Part shown: in pieces, positions 16,818 to 20,000 of the stretch
Numbering within the stretch: position 1 is the stretch's first letter
Layout of the letters: each line of letters begins with the position of its first letter
IMG/VR virus record: IMGVR_UViG_3300043932_000239
DNA: 20,000 nucleotides
Reading direction: 5' to 3' (one strand)
Source of the DNA: an uncultured virus (IMG/VR IMGVR_UViG_3300043932_000239)
Lineage: Duplodnaviria > Heunggongvirae > Uroviricota > Caudoviricetes
The notes under the pieces: generated by a model
The model's input: only the letters and a program-made list of their open reading frames with translations
What the model was told of the DNA's origin: nothing
The model's database searches: none
Position numbers and translations under genes: made by a program

Positions 16818-18039
16818 CCGACGGAACACCGCCGATCGCGCCGGAGTACCAGAGCTCGCCGATTCCCATGCCGCTTCGCTCGACGGCTTCTTTGATTTCG
16901 TCGGGAGTCGCAGACGGAATGATCGACGCTCCGGTGCGTGGATCGCGATCGCAGAGGACGACCTCATCAGGACGCAGGTTGTTGACGAAGGTGGGAGAGT
17001 GCGAAGCTGCGATGATCTGAGTACGGGACGAGGCCGCTCTCATACGTTCGGCCAAGACGTCGAGGGCGTAGGGGTGCAGCCCGTGATCGACCTCCTCGAT
17101 GATCGTTAGTGCAGGTGGGGTCGGGTCGTACAGGGCTGCGAGCAGAGCGAGCATCCTGACGGTGCCGAAGGACGCGTCCGCCAACTCGATATGGCGATCA
17201 AGACCGGTCTCCACGAGCTCCCCGACGACATCCCGGCTGGCTCCGCCTACAGCGGTGAAGTCAACTTTCCGCAGGCCTGGCAGACACAGAGCCAAATCTT
17301 GTTCGAGCTCGGTGAACGCCTCGGGGGACTGATTGCGGATTCGGAGAAGAACTGCTGCCAGATTGGAGGCGTCGTCGCCCAGATGGTCGTTGACGCTTCT
17401 CGCGGGCCGCCGAGCCTGGTCCACATTGGGGTCGAGGTACTTGATCTCTGCCAGGAAATTCGAGAACTCCAGGGGGACGGTCTGCAGCTCGTCGGTGGAG
17501 ACGCGAGAGAACGCGCTGAGCGCGGAAGTCCGATCCCCGGACAGGCGGACCTCCGTCCGGGAACCGGGATCAACCTGCTGGCCCTTCGCCACATCGTCGC
17601 CGACTGTCGCAACATCGCCGTTGACCTTGAACCCGAATCTGCGTCCTGGTCCCTCCGTTCTCTTGTAGGAGAAAGTCTCGCTTCGAACGAGGTGATCGTC
17701 CTGGTTCCTCAGGGTCAAGGTGTACTTGTCTGGCGCCTTCGAGGACGCGTGCGCGGTGACCAGAGCTTCGATTGTCACAGAAGTCTCGGTGGTGTTCGAG
17801 GTCGCGCGTCGAAGCGAATCGAAACCGCCGTGCCCTTCGATCGCTTGGTCGAGATCCAGTTGGGCACTGTCGCTGACGAACCGGAGGACCTCCAAGAGGT
17901 TGGATTTCCCAGATCCGTTCGGACCGACGAGGACGGTGAAAGAGCCGAACTTGACAGTGGAATTCCCCAGTGATCGGAAACCGCGCGCGGTGATCGACTT
18001 CAGTCGCGGTCGCCTGGGAGTTCCGGAAGTGGTCGACAT
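16810..18039 (-). CDS. ABC-type ATPase (AAA_21/AAA_15, COG4637-like)
   Basis: 'LKSITARGFRSL', Walker A 'GPNGSGKSN', signature-like 'ASFGTVRML', Walker B/D-loop 'IIEEVDHGLHP', H-loop 'QIIAASHSP', C-terminal 'IGELWYSGAIGGVP'. Probable leaderless start at 18039 with -10-like TAGCAT (18047-18052) 7 nt upstream. Confidence 0.9.
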   Translation of the reverse strand: MSTTSGTPRRPRLKSITARGFRSLGNSTVKFGSFTVLVGPNGSGKSNLLEVLRFVSDSAQLDLDQAIEGHGGFDSLRRATSNTTETSVTIEALVTAHASSKAPDKYTLTLRNQDDHLVRSETFSYKRTEGPGRRFGFKVNGDVATVGDDVAKGQQVDPGSRTEVRLSGDRTSALSAFSRVSTDELQTVPLEFSNFLAEIKYLDPNVDQARRPARSVNDHLGDDASNLAAVLLRIRNQSPEAFTELEQDLALCLPGLRKVDFTAVGGASRDVVGELVETGLDRHIELADASFGTVRMLALLAALYDPTPPALTIIEEVDHGLHPYALDVLAERMRAASSRTQIIAASHSPTFVNNLRPDEVVLCDRDPRTGASIIPSATPDEIKEAVERSGMGIGELWYSGAIGGVPSDE

Positions 18040-18188
18040 GTTGCATATGCTACCGACAGAACGTGTTGAACTCGGGGGATCCCGTCGGAGATGCCAGTGA
18101 CTCTCGGTAGGATCATGAACGGGCATGGTCAAAGCCCTCAGGGAAACCGCCGGACGTGTCGCCCGGGGCGAAGGGGCACGACGTCGAT

Positions 18189-18366
18189 ATGACGAATCAT
18201 GAGCTGATCTACCAGGCGTTGCTTGTTGTCGTGCCGAAGTATCTGGCGCCGTATGTCAGGTGGCGTCTTGACAACGCTTTTGGCGTCGGCAAATGGGGAC
18301 CGGCGCTCTCCATGACCCGGACCTCATCGGGGAGGACCGGTGACCTGATCCACTGGAACGACGCTA
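18189..18366 (+). pseudogene. N-terminal stub of a Swt1-like HEPN domain protein, truncated by the IS
   Basis: 'MTNHELIYQALLVVVPKYLAPYVRWRLDNAFGVGKW...WNDA' resembles the start of Swt1-like HEPN proteins (N..I..AL..L...L.PYV...L......W...D). It runs into the IS inverted repeat at 18367. Confidence 0.5.
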
Positions 18367-19316
18367 GGGTGTGTCTCCTATACCCTGAGCCATTGGAGGA
18401 CGGCGTGGGGGGCTGCGGCTGAGCGGTAGGTGGTGGCGAGTTTGTCGTATCTGGCGGCGAGTCTATGCCATTGCTTGACCCTGTTGAAGGCACGCTCCAT
18501 GACGTTGCGGCCCTTGTAGGCCTCAGTGTCGAGGGTGGGTGGGCGTCGGCCTGCACTCCCACGCTTCTTGCGGGCCGCGATCTCGTTCTTCTTCTCGGGG
18601 ATCACCATCTTGATGTGACGAGCACGCAGGTAAGAGCGGTTCGCCCCCGGCGTGTCACCGCGGTCGGCCATCACCGCATCGGGCGTGGTGCGAGGACGAC
18701 CATGGGGCCGGGGGACGTAGATGTCTTCCAGCGTCACAGCCAGCATCACGCCGTCGTTGCGTTGGCCTCCCGTGATCACCATCGCCAAGGGGCGCCCATG
18801 ACCATCCACTGCCTGGTGGATCTTCGTGGTCAACCCGCCTCGGGACCGGCCGATTCCATGGCCTGCGGGTTCGTCCTCACCCGTGGGCGATTTCTTGTCA
18901 TTCGCTCTCGCCCCCTGTGTGCCTCTCGGGGCGCGTCGTGTTGGTGGCGTGCTGGTGGGCACGGTTGATCGTGGCGTCCACACTGACCGTCTAGTCCGCC
19001 TGGCCCACCACCTGGGACAAGATGTAGTCCCACACGCCCCGGCGGGCGTAGGAGCGATGCCTCTTCCACACCGTCTGCCACGGCCCGAACTGCTCTCGGG
19101 GCAGGTCCCTCCACGGGATCCCCGTCCTGTAGTGGTAGATGATCCCATTGACGATCATCCGATTGTTCGAAAACGGGTGTCCCCGGTGCCCCTCGTTGGA
19201 CGGCAACAAGGGCTCCACGCGCGCCCACTGCTCATCCGTCAACGCCTTAAACCGGCTCTGTCCGCTCACTGGAACAGTCTGCGGCAAGCCTCACCCCACC
19301 TATAGGAGACACGCCC
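18367..19316 (-). mobile_element. IS5-family insertion sequence (IS427-group-like, two-ORF), 950 bp, degenerate
   Basis: Terminal IRs GGGTGTGTCTCCTATA (18367-18382) and TATAGGAGACACGCCC (19301-19316), 15/16 match. They enclose transposase orfA/orfB. No matching target duplication. Confidence 0.93.
18378..19287 (-). pseudogene. IS5-family transposase (orfA DUF4096-type + orfB DDE) with premature stop
   Basis: orfA: 'LTDEQWARVEPLLP...IVNGIIY.YRTGIPWRDLP..FGPWQTVWKRH'. After TAG 18991-18993 the same frame continues 'TVSVDATINRAHQHA' to TGA 18898-18900. orfB: 'IGRSRGGLTTKIH.AVDG.GRPL...GQRND...ADRG...YKGRNVMERAFNRVKQW..LA.RYDKLA'. The frames switch near the G run at 18911-18915. Confidence 0.92.
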
Positions 19317-19566
19317 CAGTCTTGTCGAGCCAACCGGCAACCCTCATGTGAGTGCTGTACCAGGACAGGTGGTTGTGCCATCGGGCTTCCTCGGTGCTCG
19401 GCCCTGCGGGCGTGAGCTCAATGGGGGTGAACGTCCCCCGGAGCCGTTCCTCCACCCGGCCGAGGGCCTCAGACCTCTTGAGCGGTGCTCTCGCCTCGTC
19501 GAGGACACTCAGGAGCTCCAGGACCAGCGTGTCCTTGCGTGCCGCCGGAATGCCGTCGTTGGCCAT
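19317..19566 (-). pseudogene. Mrr N-terminal-type winged-helix domain stub, truncated by the IS
   Basis: SD GAAGGGAG then ATG 19566. 'LELLSVL.E....L...EAL..VEERL..T..E......RWHNHLSWYSTHMRVAGWLDK' matches the Mrr_N wHTH pattern. The frame enters the IS IR and stops at 19300-19302. Confidence 0.65.
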
Positions 19567-19733
19567 GGTGCTCCCTTCTTCCTCCCGCAGCACGGGAATG
19601 TGCGAGGTGGTCTCCCGATCGGAGACCAACTCCTCTCGCCGAACCTGGTCCGGCGGGGCGCCCTCGTCAGCGAGAGTCCGGACGCGCCTCCAGCATAGGG
19701 AGGAGAGTCGCCCACGATCTCAGCCACCCTCCG

Positions 19734-20000
19734 TCAGGGTTCCGGGGCAGACAGATGTGCGGTGATCGTGCCGTCGTCGGTGACCATCGTGGGCCCGGTG
19801 CCCGTGACGGCCGAGTGGGGCGCGGTCACCGTGCGGACTCCGGCGGCATCAGCACCGGTGACGTCGCCGAGGCCGGTGAGAACTGCTGAGGCGCAGCCCT
19901 CGAAGGCGGTCTCCGCAACGAGAGATCGGACGACTGGACCGGGCCCGCTCTCGACGCTGCGGCGGACTGAACGGGGCCTCCCTGCCCTGGGCATGCTGCC
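19734..20000 (-). CDS. Possible 3' end of an unidentified gene entering from the right edge
   Basis: Minus-strand frame is open from the window edge to TGA 19734-19736. No recognisable motif. Confidence 0.25.
   Translation of the reverse strand, partial: GSMPRAGRPRSVRRSVESGPGPVVRSLVAETAFEGCASAVLTGLGDVTGADAAGVRTVTAPHSAVTGTGPTMVTDDGTITAHLSAPEP

Noticed and set aside
16818..16967. Track N-terminal extension of the TOPRIM-like protein
   Set aside because: It overlaps the conserved ATPase C-terminus. ATG 16817 gives normal translational coupling.
18040..18132. Track N-terminal extension of the ATPase
   Set aside because: The family-typical sequence begins just after Met 18039, which has a -10-like hexamer at leaderless spacing.
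19608..19628. Short inverted repeat TGGTCTCC-N5-GGAGACCA upstream of the Mrr_N stub
   Set aside because: 8-bp arms in GC-rich DNA can arise by chance, and there is no supporting context.
1..20000. tRNA, rRNA, CRISPR array, integrase or att site
   Set aside because: None recognised by eye. Dedicated scanners were not run.

Overview
High-GC (Actinomycetota-like) defence island made almost entirely of restriction/anti-phage-type genes, in four blocks. (1) 1-~2990, lower GC (sampled 60-nt lines 45-55%): the 3' part of an McrC-family nuclease gene converges on an XRE/Cro HTH controller plus a beta-class N4/N6 DNA methyltransferase. (2) ~2997-14952, higher GC (sampled lines ~70%): a translationally coupled operon. 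It encodes a large N6-adenine methyltransferase that has lost its N-terminal part, a 2179-aa SF2 helicase-DUF1998-nuclease fusion, and a RelE-like/UvrD helicase. This is a DISARM-related (ARMADA-like) architecture. (3) 15047-18039: a GIY-YIG/DUF4357 nuclease converges on an ABC-ATPase + TOPRIM-like pair. (4) 18189-19566: two convergent defence-gene stubs (Swt1-like HEPN, Mrr_N wHTH), both cut off by one degenerate 950-bp IS5-family element. The most unusual sequence signal lies in the low-GC, probable target-recognition region of the large methyltransferase: an in-frame 58-bp near-perfect palindrome with a direct-inverted-direct structure, followed by more hairpins (5231-5340). Family calls come from motifs recognised by eye; no searches were run.
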